This document shows, piece after piece, positions 1-14,400 of a DNA stretch of 64,000 nt. Under the pieces are notes generated by a model. The model worked only from the letters and a program-made list of their open reading frames with translations, ran no database searches and had not been told where the DNA came from. The number at the start of each line of letters is the position of its first letter. Position 1 is the first letter of the stretch. The DNA comes from Macrostomum lignano (Eukaryota): NCBI GenBank assembly GCA_002269645.1, contig NIVC01002094.1:1-64000 (forward strand), written 5' to 3'. The position numbers and the translations under genes are program-made.

Positions 1-1048
1 CCAATACAACAGCAACTGACCCCCTTCCTATACACAGCGCCAGTTAGAAGTCGAAACCCCAACTTTATCTCTCACCTCTCGCCAAAATGAGTACAATCTT
101 TGCAGAAAGTTTAAAGTATGGAAATAGTTTTTGCAATGCAGAGCTTTTTAGTTCATATTTGAAGCAAACAATTTATATCCTGAAATCAGCTTTGCAAGTT
201 CTTTCCAGCAATATAAATTTTTTCTCTCAAAGTTAAAAACTCGAGCAACAGTTTGCGTTTGAAACTTTCTGATTTAAAGCATTGAAATATCGATTGTACG
301 TTCACTGCCTGCTAAAGAGGCCCGCAAGTTTATGCATTGAATTTCAAGGTTCAACAAAATCACAGGGCTGCCTATTGAAATTAGAACACAAATCTTTGCG
401 CAATTGTCTATACAGTCAGCCAGTGAGCCAGGGCGATTGTACACAGGCAGCCATTTAGAACGCCCCATCCCCCACTGGAGAGAAAATACACTGCAGAGAT
501 AGGGAAAAGTTGTGGCGCAATCACTTGAAATTCATGCAAATTTTCAGCTCCAAGCAGAAAGAGGGGACAATTAAGATTATCAAAGGTCAAGACCGCCGTT
601 TTCTGCTTTTTGAGGATCTTAGAAATTAAAATTTCAGAATTAAAATAGCCTATAGCCGACCTCGGATAATTTCCAATCTTCCCATATAAGTTTCAACGCT
701 GAGTTGCACTATTCAAGGAGGAGTTGTCGAAATGACACACACACACACAGACAGACAGACAAACAACGCGTCAACTTTATATATGTACGAGGCCAACTCC
801 TCCTTCGGAGAAGAAAGGGGAAGAACTCCAATCAGCGGAATTCCATTCCCTGAACTCCATCAGCGGAATCCCATTTTCCAACACCTCTCCGCCAACAGAA
901 ATCGTCTCCGTGAAACTGAACACTATCGAAATCCTCTCCGTGAAACTGAACACCATCGAAATATTCTCCGCGAAATAGAAATCCTCTCCGTGAAACTGGA
1001 CTATAATCGAAATTTCTACGTCAAACAGCCCAGCTCTCAGAATTCATT

Positions 1049-1067
1049 GGTTAGGGTTAGGGTTAGG
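1049..1067 (+). repeat. Interstitial telomere-like (TTAGGG)3 tract; equivalent tracts near 3380-3405, 6165-6192, 8613-8636, 9821-9842, 11575-11590
   Basis: ggttagggttagggttagg occupies the same position in each array unit, after the 30-bp minisatellite. Confidence 0.9.
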
Positions 1068-2169
1068 TTGACAGCTGCGTGTTGAAAGGCGCCGTAAAAA
1101 CATTGAACCAATTAAATTGCGCAACTTATTTCTCAGGCAGTCAGTATCAGCCTCAGTTAAAGTTAACAAAAAGATTGCGCAATCTAAATCAACCCTCAAA
1201 TACACAGCAACCGACCCCCCTTCCAATACGCAGTGCAGCTAGAAATTGAACCCCCCCACCAAACTATTGGGGGGTCGCGTCGAACCCCCATTGAACTCCA
1301 AAATGAGCACAATCTTTGCAGAAAGCTAAAAGTATGAAAATCTTTTCTTGAATGCTGTGAATTTAATTTTCATATTTAAAGCAAAAAACTTATATCCCCG
1401 AACTCATTGCCAGCAAGATCTTTCCAGCAATATAAGTCTCTCCTCTCTAAGTTCAAAACTCGAGCAACAGTTAGTGTTTGAAACTTTCTGATTTTAAGCA
1501 TTGAAATATCGAGTGTACGTTCACTGCCTGCTAAAGATGCTCGCAAGTTTATGCATTAAAATGCACTGAATTTCACTGTGCAAAAAATACACAGGGCTTC
1601 CTGTTAAAAAACAGAACACAAATAGTTGCGCAATTGTCTATAAAGTCAGTCAGTGAGCCAGGGTTCAAGTGTACACACGCAGCCACTGAGAACGCGACCA
1701 TCCCCCACTTGAGAGAAAATACACTGCAAGATAGAAAAATTTTATGGCGCAATCACTAAAATTGATGCAAATTTCAGCTCCAAGCAGAAAGAGGGGACAA
1801 TTAAGATTATCAAAGGTCAAGACCGCCGTTTTCTGCTTTTTGAGGATCTTAAAATTGAAATGAAAGATTAAAATAGCCTAAAGCCATCCTCGGAAAATTT
1901 GCAGTTTTCCCATATAAGTTTCAACGCTGACTTGCAAGTATTCTAGGAGGAGTTATCCAACAAACACACACACACACAGACAAACAACGCACCAGTTTTA
2001 GTATTAAGACGAGTGGAACTCCTCCTTCGGAGGAGAAAGGGGAAGAACTTCCATCACCGGAATTCCATTCCCTGAAATATCCATCAACTGAAATTCCATG
2101 TCTTGAACCCTATCTTCCAAATCGTCTCAAATTCTTTAGAAAAACTTTCAAAGACCATAGCTCAAAGAC

Positions 2170-3170
2170 CTCACGTCTCTTATATCTACTCTCTCCACTC
2201 TGTGCTATTATCGTGACTCTCTTCTCTCTCCTCTCTCTCATCTCATCTCTACCCGTACTCCCTTATTTATGTTTTCTCCCTCGTCTTTCGTCTGTACCCT
2301 CTCCTGTCTCTTGTCTCTCTCTTCTCTCATATCTCTCCTCTTCACTTCTGTCTCCTGTCTTCTCTCTTCTCTCTTATCTCTCCCTCTTCTCTCCTCTTTT
2401 ATATGTCATCCCTATTCACTTATCTAACGTCTCTCTTAACCCTCTCTCTCTTCTCTTTTCTTTCCTCTCTGCTCTCATTTCTCATATCTCATATACGCTC
2501 TCACACTCCACTTACTTGTCTCCAATCTTTCTTTCCTCCTTTCCACTTTTCCCTGTCTCTTCTCTTCTCTCTTTTCTATCCTCTCCATTCTCTCTTTTCT
2601 CCTCCCCTTGCTCCTTTTATCTTCTCCCCTCTCTTCTCTAATCTCTTCTCTCTTATGTTCTCACTCATCTCTTATCATCGCATCTCTCATCTCTCCTCTC
2701 CTCACTACTTTCCTCTCTTAACTCTCTTATCTATTTCATCTCTCTCCTCTCTCCTCTTTCTCTTCTCCTCTCGCTTCTTCTCTCGCTTCTCTCTCCTATC
2801 TCTCCTCTCATCTCTACTACCGTATTTATATCTTCTAACTGGTCCTTCGTCTCTACTCTCTCCTTTCTCCTTTCTCCCCTCTTTTCTCCTTTCTTGTCTC
2901 TCCTGTCTCCCTCCTCTCTCATCCCTCATCCCCTCATCTCACTCTTTCTTTCTTCTCTACTCTCCCTCTCTTCTATTTTCTCTGTACGCTCTTATCCCTA
3001 ATCTATTTTCTCTCCTCTCTCCTCTTTTCTTCTCTCTCCCTCTTCGTTCCCGCCTAAATCCCCTCTTCTCTCCAATCTGTCATGTCTAATATCTCCACTT
3101 ATTTCTACTCTGTTTTCTATCATCTCATCTCTCTTCTGCTTTCATTCTTCTCTTTACTCTTTTCTCTGAC
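2170..3170 (+). repeat. CT-rich low-complexity tract inside an array unit; near-identical copy at ~4945-5960, related tracts at ~7250-8250, 12610-13190, 13450-13930
   Basis: Polypyrimidine degenerate (CT/CCT/CTT)n. The overlapping Leu/Ser-rich and Arg/Glu-rich ORFs are translation artefacts. Confidence 0.9.
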
Positions 3171-6100
3171 TGATTGAAGATGCCAAATCCATCAAGATCC
3201 TCTCCGCGAAGCAGAAATCCTGTCCGTGCAACTGAAAACCATCGAAATCCTCTCCGTGAAACTGGACTCCTTCGAAATCCTTTCCGTGAAACTGAAAACC
3301 ATCGAAATTCTCTCTTTAAACTGGACTCAATCGAAATTTTCTCCGTCAAAAAAAATAAATATCAGGATTCATTGGTTAGGGTTTTTGTTAGGGTTAGGGT
3401 TAGGGTTAAAGCTACACACAGCTGCGTGTTCAAATAAAAATTGAACCAATTGAATCAATTGATTGCGCAACCGATTTCTTAGTCAGTCAGTATCAGTCTC
3501 AGTTAAAGTTAACAAAAAGATTGCGCAATCTAAATCAACCCTCCAGTACACAGAGACCGACCTCTTTTCAATACGCAGTAGCAGTTAGAAATTGAACGCC
3601 GAACTGTTGGGGGCATTGAACCAAAAAATGAGTACAATCTTTGCATAAAGCTAAAAGTATGGAAATAGTTTTTTTGATGCTGCTCTTTTAGTCTTTATAT
3701 TTATAGCAAACAATTTATATCCTCGAACTCAGCGTTGCAAGATCTTTTCAGCAGGATAAGTATCTTCTCTTAAAGTTTAGAACTCGAAGAGCAGTTAGCG
3801 TTTGAAAGTTCCCGTTTTAAGGCATTGAAATATCGAGTGTACGTTCACTGCCTGCCAAAGAGGCTCGCAAATTTATTCATTCATTACACAGGCTGGCTAT
3901 TACACAGGGCAGCCTATTGAAAGGCACAGATAATAAAACAAATTGATGGCGCAACCGATTTCACAGTCAGTCAGTATCAGTCTCAGTTAAAGTTAACAAA
4001 AACATTGCGCAATCTAAATCAACCCTCCAATACACAGCAGCAGTAAGAAGTTGAACCCTCCCCCAAACTTTATCTATTACGTCTCGCAAAACTGAGTACA
4101 ATTTTGCAGCAAGTTAAAAGTATGGAAATAGTTTTTTCAATGCTGTGCTTTTCTTTTCATATTTAAAGCAAACAATTTATATCCCTGAAATCAGCTTTGC
4201 AAGTTCTTTCCAGCAATATTAATTTTTTCTCTCAAAGTTAAAAACTCGAGCAACAGTTAGCGTTTGAAACTTTCTGATTTAAAGCATTGAAATATCGATT
4301 GTACGTTCACTGCCTGCTAAAGAGGCCCGCAAGTTTATGCATTGAATTTCAAGGTTCAACAAAATCACAGGGCTGCCTATTGAAAATTAGAACACAAATC
4401 TTTGCGCAATTGTCTATAAAGTCAGCCGGTGAGCCAGGGTCCGATTGTACACATGCAGCCATTTAGAACGCCCCATCCCCCACTGGAGAGAAAATACACT
4501 GCCAAGGTAGCAAAATTTTATGGCGCAATCACTTAAAATTCATGCAAATTTTCAGCTCCGAGCAGAAAGAGGGGACAATTAAGATTATCAAAGGTCAAGA
4601 TTCAAGTTTTCTGCTTTTTTGAGGATCTTAGAAATTAAAATTTCAGAATTAAAATAGCCTATAGCCGACCTCGGATAATTTCCAATCTTCCCATATAAGT
4701 TTCAACGCTGAGTTGCCACTATTCAAGGAGGAGTTGTCGAAATGACAGACAGACAGACAAACAACGCGTCAACTTTAGTATATACGAGTGGAACTCCTCC
4801 TTCGGAGGAGAAAGGGGAAGAACTCCCATCACCGGAATTCCATTCCCTGAAATATCCATCAACTGAAATTCCATGTCTTGAACCCTATCTTCCAAATCGT
4901 CTCCAAATTCTTTAGAAAACCTTTCAAAGACCATAGCTCAAAGACTCTCACGTCTCTCATATCTACTCTCTCCACTCTGTGCTATTATCGTGACTCTCTT
5001 CTCTCTCCTCTCTCTCATCTCATCTCTACCCGTACTCCCTTATTTATGTTTTCTCCCTCGTCTTTCGTCTGTACCCTCTCCTGTCTCTTGTCTCATCTCT
5101 TCTCTCATATCTCTCCTCTTCACTTCTGTCTCCTGTCTCCTCTCTTCTCTCTTATCTCTCCCTCTTCTCTCCTCTTTTATATGTCATCCCTATTCACTTA
5201 TCTATCGTCTCTCTTAACCCTCTCTCTCTTCTCTTTTCTTTCCTCTCTGCTCTCATTTCTCATATCTCATATACGCTCTCACACTCCACTTACTTGTCTT
5301 CAATCTTTCTTTCCTCCTTTCCACTTTTCCCTGTCTCTTCTCTTCTCTCTTTTCTATCCTCTCCATTCTCTCTTTTCTCCTCCCCTTTCTCCTTTTATCT
5401 TCTCCCCTCTCTTCTCTAATCTCTTCTCTCTTCTCTCTTATGTTCTCACTCATCTCTTATCATCGCATCTCTCATCTCTCCTCTCCTCACTACTTTCCTC
5501 TCTTAACTCTCTTATCTATTTCATCTCTCTCCTCTCTCCTCTTTCTCTTCTCCTCTCGCTTCTTCTCTCGCTTCTCTCTCCTATCTCTCCTCTCATCTCT
5601 ACTACCGTATTTATATCTTCTAACTGGTCCTTCGTCTCTACTCTCTCCTTTCTCCTTTCTCCCCTCTTTTCTCCTTTCTTGTCTCTCATGTCTCCCCTCC
5701 TCTCTCATCCCTCATCCCCTCATCTCACTCTTTCTTTCTCCTCTACTCTCCCCTCTCTTCTATTTTCTCTGTACGCTCTTATCCCTAATCTATTTTCTCT
5801 CCTCTCTCCTCTTTTCTTCTCTCTCCCTCTTCGTTCCCGCCTAAATCCCCTCTTCTCTCCAATCTGTCATGTCTAATATCTCCACTTATTTCTACTCTGT
5901 TTTCTATCATCTCATCTCTCTTCTGCTTTCATTCTTCTCTTTACTCTTTTCTCTGACTGATTGAAGATGCAAAATCCATCAAGATCCTCTCCGCGAAGCA
6001 GAAATCCTGTCCGTGCAACTGAAAACCATCGAAATCCTCTCCGTGAAACTGGACTCCTTCGAAATCCTTTCCGTGAAACTGAAAACCATCGAAATTCTCT

Positions 6101-9100
6101 CTTTTAAACTGGACTCAATCGAAATTTTCTCCGTCAAAAAAATAAATATCAGGATTCATTGGTTAGGGTTATTGTTAGGGTTAGGGTTAGGGTTAAAGCT
6201 ACACACAGCTGCGTGTTCAAATAAAAATTGAACCAATTGAATCAATTGATTGCGCAACCGATTTCTCAGTCAGTCAGTATCAGTCTCAGTTAAAGTTAAG
6301 AAAAACATTGCGCAATCTAAATCAACCCTCCAATACACAGCAGCAGTGAGAAGTTGAACTCTCCCCCCAACTTTATCTATTACGTCTCGCAAAACTGAGT
6401 ACAATTTTTGCAGAAAGTTAAAAGTATGGAAATAGTTTTTTCAATGCTGTGCTTTTTATTTTCATATTTAAAGCAAACAATTTATATCCCTGAAATCAGC
6501 TTTGCAAGTTCTTTCCAGCAATATTAATTTTTTCTCTCAAAGTTAAAAACTCGAGCAACAGTTAGCGTTTGAAACTTTCTGATTTAAAGCATTGAAATAT
6601 CAATTGTACGTTCACTGCCTGCTAAAGAGGCCCGCAAGTTTATGCATTGAATTTCAAGGTTCAACAAAATCACAGGGCTGCCTATTGAAAATTAGAACAC
6701 AAATCTTTGCGCAATTGTCTATACAGTCAGCCAGTGAGCCAGGGTCCGATTGTACACAGGCAGCCATTTAGAACGCCCCATCCCCCACTGGAGAGAAAAT
6801 ACACTGCAGAGATAGGGAAAAGTTGTGGCGCAATCACTTGAAATTCATGCAAATTTTCAGCTCCAAGCAGAAAGAGGGGACAATTAAGATTATCAAAGGT
6901 CAAGACCGCCGTTTTCTGCTGTTTTGAGGATCTTAGAAATTAAAATTTCAGAATTAAAATAGCCTATAGCCGACCTCGGATAATTTCCAATCTTCCCATA
7001 TAAGTTTCAACGCTGAGTTGCCACTATTCAAGGAGGAGTTGTCGAAATGACACACAGACAGACAAACAACGCGTCAACTTTAGTATATACGAGTGGAACT
7101 CCTCCTTCGGAGGAGAAAGGGGAAGAACTCCCATCACCGGAATTCCATTCCCTGAAATATCCATCAACTGAAATTCCATGTCTTGAACCCTATCTTCCAA
7201 ATCGTCTCCAAATTCTTTATAAAACCTTTCAAAGCCCATAGCTTAAAGACTCTCACGTCTCTCATATCTCCTCTCTCCTCTCTTCGCTATTATCGTGACT
7301 CTCTTCTCTCTCCTCTCTCTCATCTCATCTCTACCCCTACTCCCTTATTTATCTCTTCTCCCTCGTCTTTCGTTTGTACCCTCTCCTGTCTCTTGTCTCA
7401 TCTCTTCTCTCATATCTCTCCTCTTCACTTCTGTCTCCTGTCTCCTCTCTCCTCTCTTATCTCTCCCTCTTCTCTCCTCTCTCATATGTCATCTCTACTC
7501 ACTTATCTATCGTCTCCGCTCTACTTTCTCTCTTCCCTTTTCTCTCTTCTCTCTGCTCTCATTTCTCGTATCTCTTATACGCTCTCACCCTCTCCTTTCT
7601 TATCTACCATCTTTCTTCCCTCCTTTCTACTGCATCACCTGTCTCCTCTCCTCTCTTTTATCTCCTCTCCATTCTGTCTTCTCTCCTCTTATCTCCCCTC
7701 ATCTCTTCTCTAATCTCTAATCTCTCCTCTCTCATATCTCTTCTCTACTCACTTATCTATTCTCTCTCCTCTGCTCCCCTTTTACACTTTCCTATATGCT
7801 CTCACTCTCACCCTCCCCTTTCTTATCTTATGTTTTTTACACTCCTTTCTACCACCTGTCTCCTCTCGTTTCTCTCCTCTCTGCACTCTCATCTTTACCC
7901 TCTTCTTTCTCCTCACTACTTTCTTCTCTTAAATCTCTGATCTCTGATCTTTCATCTCTCTCCTCTCACCTCTCACCTCTCTCCTCTCTTTCCTCTCTTC
8001 TATTGCCTCTGTGCGCTCTTATCCCTCCTTTCTTTTCGCTCCTGTCTCCTCTCTGCTATCTCATATCTCCTCTCTCATATCCTCTCCCTTCATCTCCTCT
8101 CTCCTCTTCTCTTCTCTCTTCCTTCGTTCCCGCCTTACTACCCTCTTCTCTCCCATCTGTCATGTCTAATCTCTCCACTCATTTCTACTCTGTTTTCTAT
8201 CATCTCATCTCTCTTCTCTTTTCATTCTTCTCTTTACTCTCTTCTCTGACTGATTGAAGATGCCAAATCCATCAAGATCCTCTCCGCGAAGCAGAAATCC
8301 TGTCCGTGCAACTGAAAACCATCGAAATCCTCTCCGTGAAACTGGACTCCTTCGAAATCCTCTCATTGAAACTTAAATCCATCAAAATCATCTCCATAAA
8401 CAGAAATCAATCATAAATTATCTCCGCGAAACAGAAATCCTCTCCGTGAAGCTGAACATCATCGAAATCCTCTCCGTGAAACTGAACACCATCGAAATCC
8501 TCTCCACGAAACAGAAATCCTCTCCGTCAAAATTAAAACATTGAAATCGTCTCCACTAAACTGGACTCAATCTAATTTTTTGCCGTCAAACAACTCAACT
8601 CTCCGGATTCATTGGTTAGGGTTAGGGTTAGGGTTAGAACGCACAGCTTCGTGTAAAAAGGCACAGATAAAAATATTGAACTAATTGAATCAATTCATTG
8701 CGCAACCGATTTCACAGTCAGTCAGTATCAGCCTCAGGTAAAGTTAACAAAAACATTGCGCAATCTAAATCAACCCTCCAATACACAGCAGCAGTGAGAA
8801 GTTGAACCCTCCCCCCAACAATCTTTGCAGATTAAAGTACAATCTTTGCAGAAAGTTAAAAGTATGGAAATAGTTTTTCAAATGCTGTGCTTTTTCTTTT
8901 CATATTTAAAGCAAACAACTTATATCCCCGAACTCAGCGTGGCAAGATCTTGCCAGCAATATAAGTTTCTCCTCTCAAAGTTTGAAACTCGAGGAACAGT
9001 TAGCGTTTGAAACTGTCTGATTTATAGCATTGAAGTATCGAGTGTACGTTCACTGCCTGCTTGCAAGTTGATGCATTGAATTTCAATGTCCAACAAATAC

Positions 9101-11029
9101 ACAGGACTGCCCATTGAAAGGCAGGAAAACTTATCAGTAGCCATATCATTGCGCAATTATCTATAAAGTCAGCCAGTGAGCCAGGGTCCAAGTGTACACA
9201 CGCAGCCACTGAGAACGCTCCCACCCCCCACTGGAAAGAAAATACACTACAGAGATAGGGAAAAGTTGTGGCGCAATCACTAAAAATTCATGCATTTTTT
9301 CAGCTCCAAGCAGAAAGAGGGGACAATTAAGATTATCAAAGGTCAAGATTCAAGTTTTCTGCTTTTTTGAGGATCTTAGAAATTAAAATTTCAGAATTAA
9401 AATAGCCTATAGCCGACCTCGGATAATTTCCAATCTTCCCATATAAGTTTCAACGCTGAGTTGCCACTATTCAAGGAGGAGTTGTCGAAATGACACACAC
9501 ACACACACACACACAGACAGACAGACAAACAACACGTCAACTTTAGTATTAAGATAGATAGAAGGCCAACTCCTCCTTCGGAGAAGAAAGGGGAAGAACT
9601 CCAATCAGCGGAATTCCATTCCCTGAACTCCATCAGCGGAATCCCATTTTCCAACACCTCTCCGCGCAACAGAAATCGTCTCCGTGAAACTGAACACTAT
9701 CGAAATCCTCTCCGTGAAACTGAACACCATCGAAATATTCTCCGCGAAATAGAAATCCTCTCCGTGAAACTGGACTAAATCGAAATTTCTACGTCAAATA
9801 GCCCAGCTCTCAGAATTCATTGGTTAGGGTTAGGGTTAGGGTTGACAGCTGCGTGTTGAAAGGCGCCGTAAAAACATTGAACCAATTAAATTGCGCAACT
9901 TATTTCTCAGGCAGTCAGTATCAGCCTCAGTTAAAGTTAACAAAAAGATTGCGCAATCTAAATCAACCCTCAAATACACAGCAACCGACCCCCCTTCCAA
10001 TACGCAGTGCAGCTAGAAATTGAACTCCCCCCCACCAACTATTGGGGGTCGGTCGAACCCCCATTGAACTCCAAAATGAGCACAATCTTTGCAGAAAGCT
10101 AAAAGTATGAAAATCTTTTCTTGAATGCTGTGAATTTAATTTTCATATTTAAAGCAAAAAACTTATATCCCCGAACTCATTGCAGCAAGATCTTTCCAGC
10201 AATATAAGTCTCTCCTCTCTAAGTTCAAAACTCGAGCAACAGTTAGTGTTTGAAACTTTCTGATTTTAAGCATTGAAATATCGAGTGTACGTTCACTGCC
10301 TGCTAAAGATGCTCGCAAGTTTATGCATTAAAATGCACTGAATTTCACTGTGCAAAAAATACACAGGGCTTCCTGTTAAAAAACAGAACACAAATAGTTG
10401 CGCAATTGTCTATAAAGTCAGTCAGTGAGCCAGGGTTCAAGTGTACACACGCAGCCACTGAGAACGCGACCATTCCCCCACTTGAGAGAAAATACACTGC
10501 CAAGATAGAAAAATTTTATGGCGCAATCACTAAAATTGATGCAAATTTTCAGCTCCAAGCAGAAAGAGGGGACAATTAAGATTATCAAAGGTCAAGACCG
10601 CCATTTTCTGCTTTTTTAGGGATCTTAAAAATTGAAAATGAAAGATTAAAATAGCCTAAAGCCATCCTCGGAAAATTTGCAGTTTTCCCATATAAGTTTC
10701 AACGCTGACTTGCAAGTATTCTAGGAGGAGTTATCCAACAAACACACACACACACAGACAAACAACGCACCAACTTTAGTATTAAGAAAGATAGAGATGA
10801 GTTGCCACTATTCAAGGAGGAGTTGTCGAAATGACAGATAGACAAACAACGCGTGAACTTTAGTATATGTAGATAGAAGAGATAGAATAGAAGAGAAGAT
10901 AGATAGATAGATAGATAGAGAGACGAGGCCAACTCCTCCGTTGGAGGAGAAAGGGGAAGAACTCCCATCATCGGAATCCATCAGCTGAATCCTATGACCG
11001 GAATCCCATCATCCAAGGTCTCTCTAAAA

Positions 11030-11430
11030 TCCATTAAATTCCTCTCCATGAAACAGAAATCCATTAAAATCCTCTCTTTCAAACAGATTTTTATTCATAA
11101 AAACTCTCTCAGTCAAACAGATATTGATCAAAACTCTCCGTGAAACAGATATTCATCAAAATTCTCTCCGTGAAACAGAAATCCATTAAATCCTCTCCGT
11201 GAAACAAAAATCCATTAAAATCCTCTTCGTGAAACAGAACTCCATCAGAATCCTCTCCGTGAAACAGAACTCCACCAGAATCCTCTCCGTGAAACAGAAC
11301 TCCACCAGAATCCTCTCCGTGAAACAGAACTCCATCAAAATCCTCTCCGTGAAACTTAAATCCATCAAAATCCTCTCCATGAAACTTAAATCCATCAAAA
11401 TCCTCTCCGTGAAACCGATATTCATCAAAA
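11030..11430 (+). repeat. 30-bp minisatellite (aaaatcctctccgtgaaacagaactccatc); shorter versions in every array unit
   Basis: Visible tandem units; the overlapping ORFs have a 10-aa periodicity. Confidence 0.9.
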
Positions 11431-14400
11431 TTCACTGTTGAACGAATATCTATCAATTTTATCTCCTTTAAGTAAAAATCCATCAATTTAATCAACAGAC
11501 TCTGTTAAATTGGAGTGTATAAAAACGCTTCCTAATTGTCTGGCTTAAATATATGCAAAGAAAAGGATTCAGTGGTTAGGGTTAGGGTTAGAGCTGCACA
11601 GTGCTTCCTGTTGAAAGGCACCGATAATAAAAAAATTGAACCAATTGAACCAATTAATTGCGAAATCTATTTTTCAGTCAGTCAGTATCAGTCTTAGTTA
11701 AATTTAACAAAATGATTGCGCAATCTAAATCAACCCTCCAATACACAGCGGCAGTTAGAAGTTGAAGCCCCAAATTTATCTATTGCGTCTCGAAAAAAGG
11801 AGTACAATCTTTGCAGAAAGTTAAAAGTATGGAAATCGTTTTTTGAATGCTGTGCTTTTAGTTTTCATACTTAAAGCAAACAACTTATATCAGCATTGAA
11901 AGATCTTTCCAGCAATTTAAGTCTCTTCTCTCAAAGTTCAAAACTTGAGGAACAGTTTGTTTGAAATTTCCCAGTTTAAAGCATTGAATTTTTGAGCGTA
12001 CATTTACTGCCTGCTACAGTGAGAGGCTTGAAAGTTCATGCATTGAATTTCACTGTCCGCCAGTTAGCAAGGGTCCAAGTGTACACACGCAGCCACTTAG
12101 AACGCCCCCATCCCCCACTGGAGAGAAAATGCACTGCCCAGATAGGAAAAAAGTTGTGGCGCAATCACTCAAAATTGATGCAAATTTTCAGTTCAGAGCA
12201 GAAAAAGTGGCCAAAGAAGGTTAAGAAAACAGTTTTTTGCTTTTTTAATGGACTTGACTTTTAATTTTTCAACATTAAAATAGCCTATTTGTTGCGTAGG
12301 AAAATTCTGAATTGATATATATAAGTCTCGCATTTGAGTTGGCAGCCGTCTAGGAGGAGATACGCGTTAAACCCGGCCGGTCGATCGATCGATCGACCCA
12401 CTCAGCTTTAGATATAACGAGGCCAACTCCTCCGTTGGCGGAGTAAGGGGAAGAACTCCCATCGCCAGAATTTCATTTTCTGAAATCCATCAGCTGAATC
12501 CAATGACACGAATCCCATCGTCCAAATCCTCTCCAAATCCTCTATTAAGCTCCCAAAAACCATGTTGTTTTACCTGTTTGCAAAACTGACTGCCTGCCAT
12601 CATCCAGACTGACTCTCGCCTGTCTCCTCTCTCCTCTTTGCTCTATCATCTCTAATCTCTCCTATCTCCTCTCTGCTCTCATCTCCTCGCTTATCTATTA
12701 TTTCTCATCTCATCTCTCTCATCTCATCTCTCCCATCTCTCATCTCTACTCTCTTATCTCTCCTTTCTGCGCTCTCATATCTACTCTCTTCTTTCTCCTC
12801 ACTACTTTTTCCTCTCTCCTCTTTTATCTCTTCTCTCTCCTCTCCTTTATCTCATCTCTGCTCTCTCATCTCTCTACTTTCTCCCCTCTCCTCTCTCCCT
12901 TATCCTCTCGCTTCTCTCTCCTCTCCCTCCCCTCATCTCTACTCATTTATCTCTTCTCTCTCGTCTTTCGGCTCTACTCCCTCCTGTCTCCTCTTTCTCC
13001 TCTCGTACCCCCTCTCCTCTCTCCTCTCAATTCCCTCATCTCTTCTCTCGCCTTTATTCTCTTTTTTTTCTTTTCTCTAATCTGTCCCTTTTGATTCTCT
13101 CTTTTCATGTTCTCTTTCATCTAATCTTTTATCTACTGTTTCCTTTTCTCTTTTCTCTAATCCCTTTCATTTAGCCATTTCATCCTCTCTATGAAACAGA
13201 TATCATCAAAATCCTCTCCATTAAACTGCAATCAAGCGTGTATCATCTCCTTCAAGCTACAATCCATCAATTTAAAAAATATTATCTCTATCAAATTTCA
13301 GTCAATCAAGACTATGAAACTGGTCTATAAAAATATGCTTTTTAATTGTTTGGGTCTACGTCAAAAAATCTTCAAAATCCTCCATAAAACCTCTGAAATA
13401 TCATAGCATGTTTTCCCTGTTTGCAAAAATTGACTGCCATGGTCCAGACTGAGACTCTCCTATCTACTCTCTCCTCTTTGCTCCTTTATCTAATCTCTTC
13501 TCTCTGCTCTTATCTCCTCTCTCATCTCTACTCTTACTTTCTTATCAATAATCTCCCATCTCTCATCTCTTCTCTCTGCGCTCTCATCTCTATTTTCTCA
13601 TCTCTATTCTCTCATCTTTCCCCTCTCCTCTCTACCGTCTCCTGTCTCATCTCTCCTCTCTCTTCTCTCTCCTCTGTACTCTCTTATCCCTCCTCTCTCC
13701 TCCCCATCTTTCCTCCCTCCTTTGCTCTCTCATTTTTCCTCTCTCCCCTCCTTTTTTCCCTCTACATTCTCTTCTCTTCACTTTCCCTCTTCATCATTCC
13801 TGCCTCACTCCCCTCTTCTCTCCCCTCTGTCGTCGACTCGTCTTTAATCTCTCAGCTCTCATATCTACTGTCTTTTCTATCATCTTTCTATCCTCTATTC
13901 GTGAAATCTCTCTTCTCTCTACTCTGTTATCTGACGGACTGAAAGCGCCGATAATCAAACCAATTGAAATTTATCACCCGCCTCCTCCATTACTGAAATT
14001 ACTCAAATGATAGCTGGCTTGAATTTGTGTACGCAACCTTCCCCCCCCAACTACAATCTTGGCAGAAAGTTTAAAAGTATGGAAATCGTTTTTTCAATGC
14101 TGTGCTTTTTGCTTTCATATTTAAAACAAATAACTTATATCCCCAAACTCAGCGTTGCAAGATCTTTCCAGCAATACAAATTCTCTCCTCTCAAAGCTTA
14201 AAACTCAAGGAACAGTTAGCGTTTGAACTTCCCGCCCGCAAGTTTATTCATTGAATTTAGCTGCCCAGCTAATACACAGCCTTTTGAAAGACGCCGATAA
14301 TAAAACCAATTGAATCTCGACACAGTCCTTATCTATCTGTTTACACAGTACATTGCTATGTACACTCAGCCCAAACCAACCCCCCCCCTATTCCGGGGGA

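Noticed and set aside
1049-11590. TTAGGG tracts as a true telomere
   Set aside because: There are only 2-4 copies each, internal to repeat units.
2213-13942. Many Leu/Ser-rich and Arg/Glu-rich ORFs (also 30774-32137, 36899-37241, 39189-39897)
   Set aside because: They are translations of CT/AG low-complexity DNA with no domain motifs.
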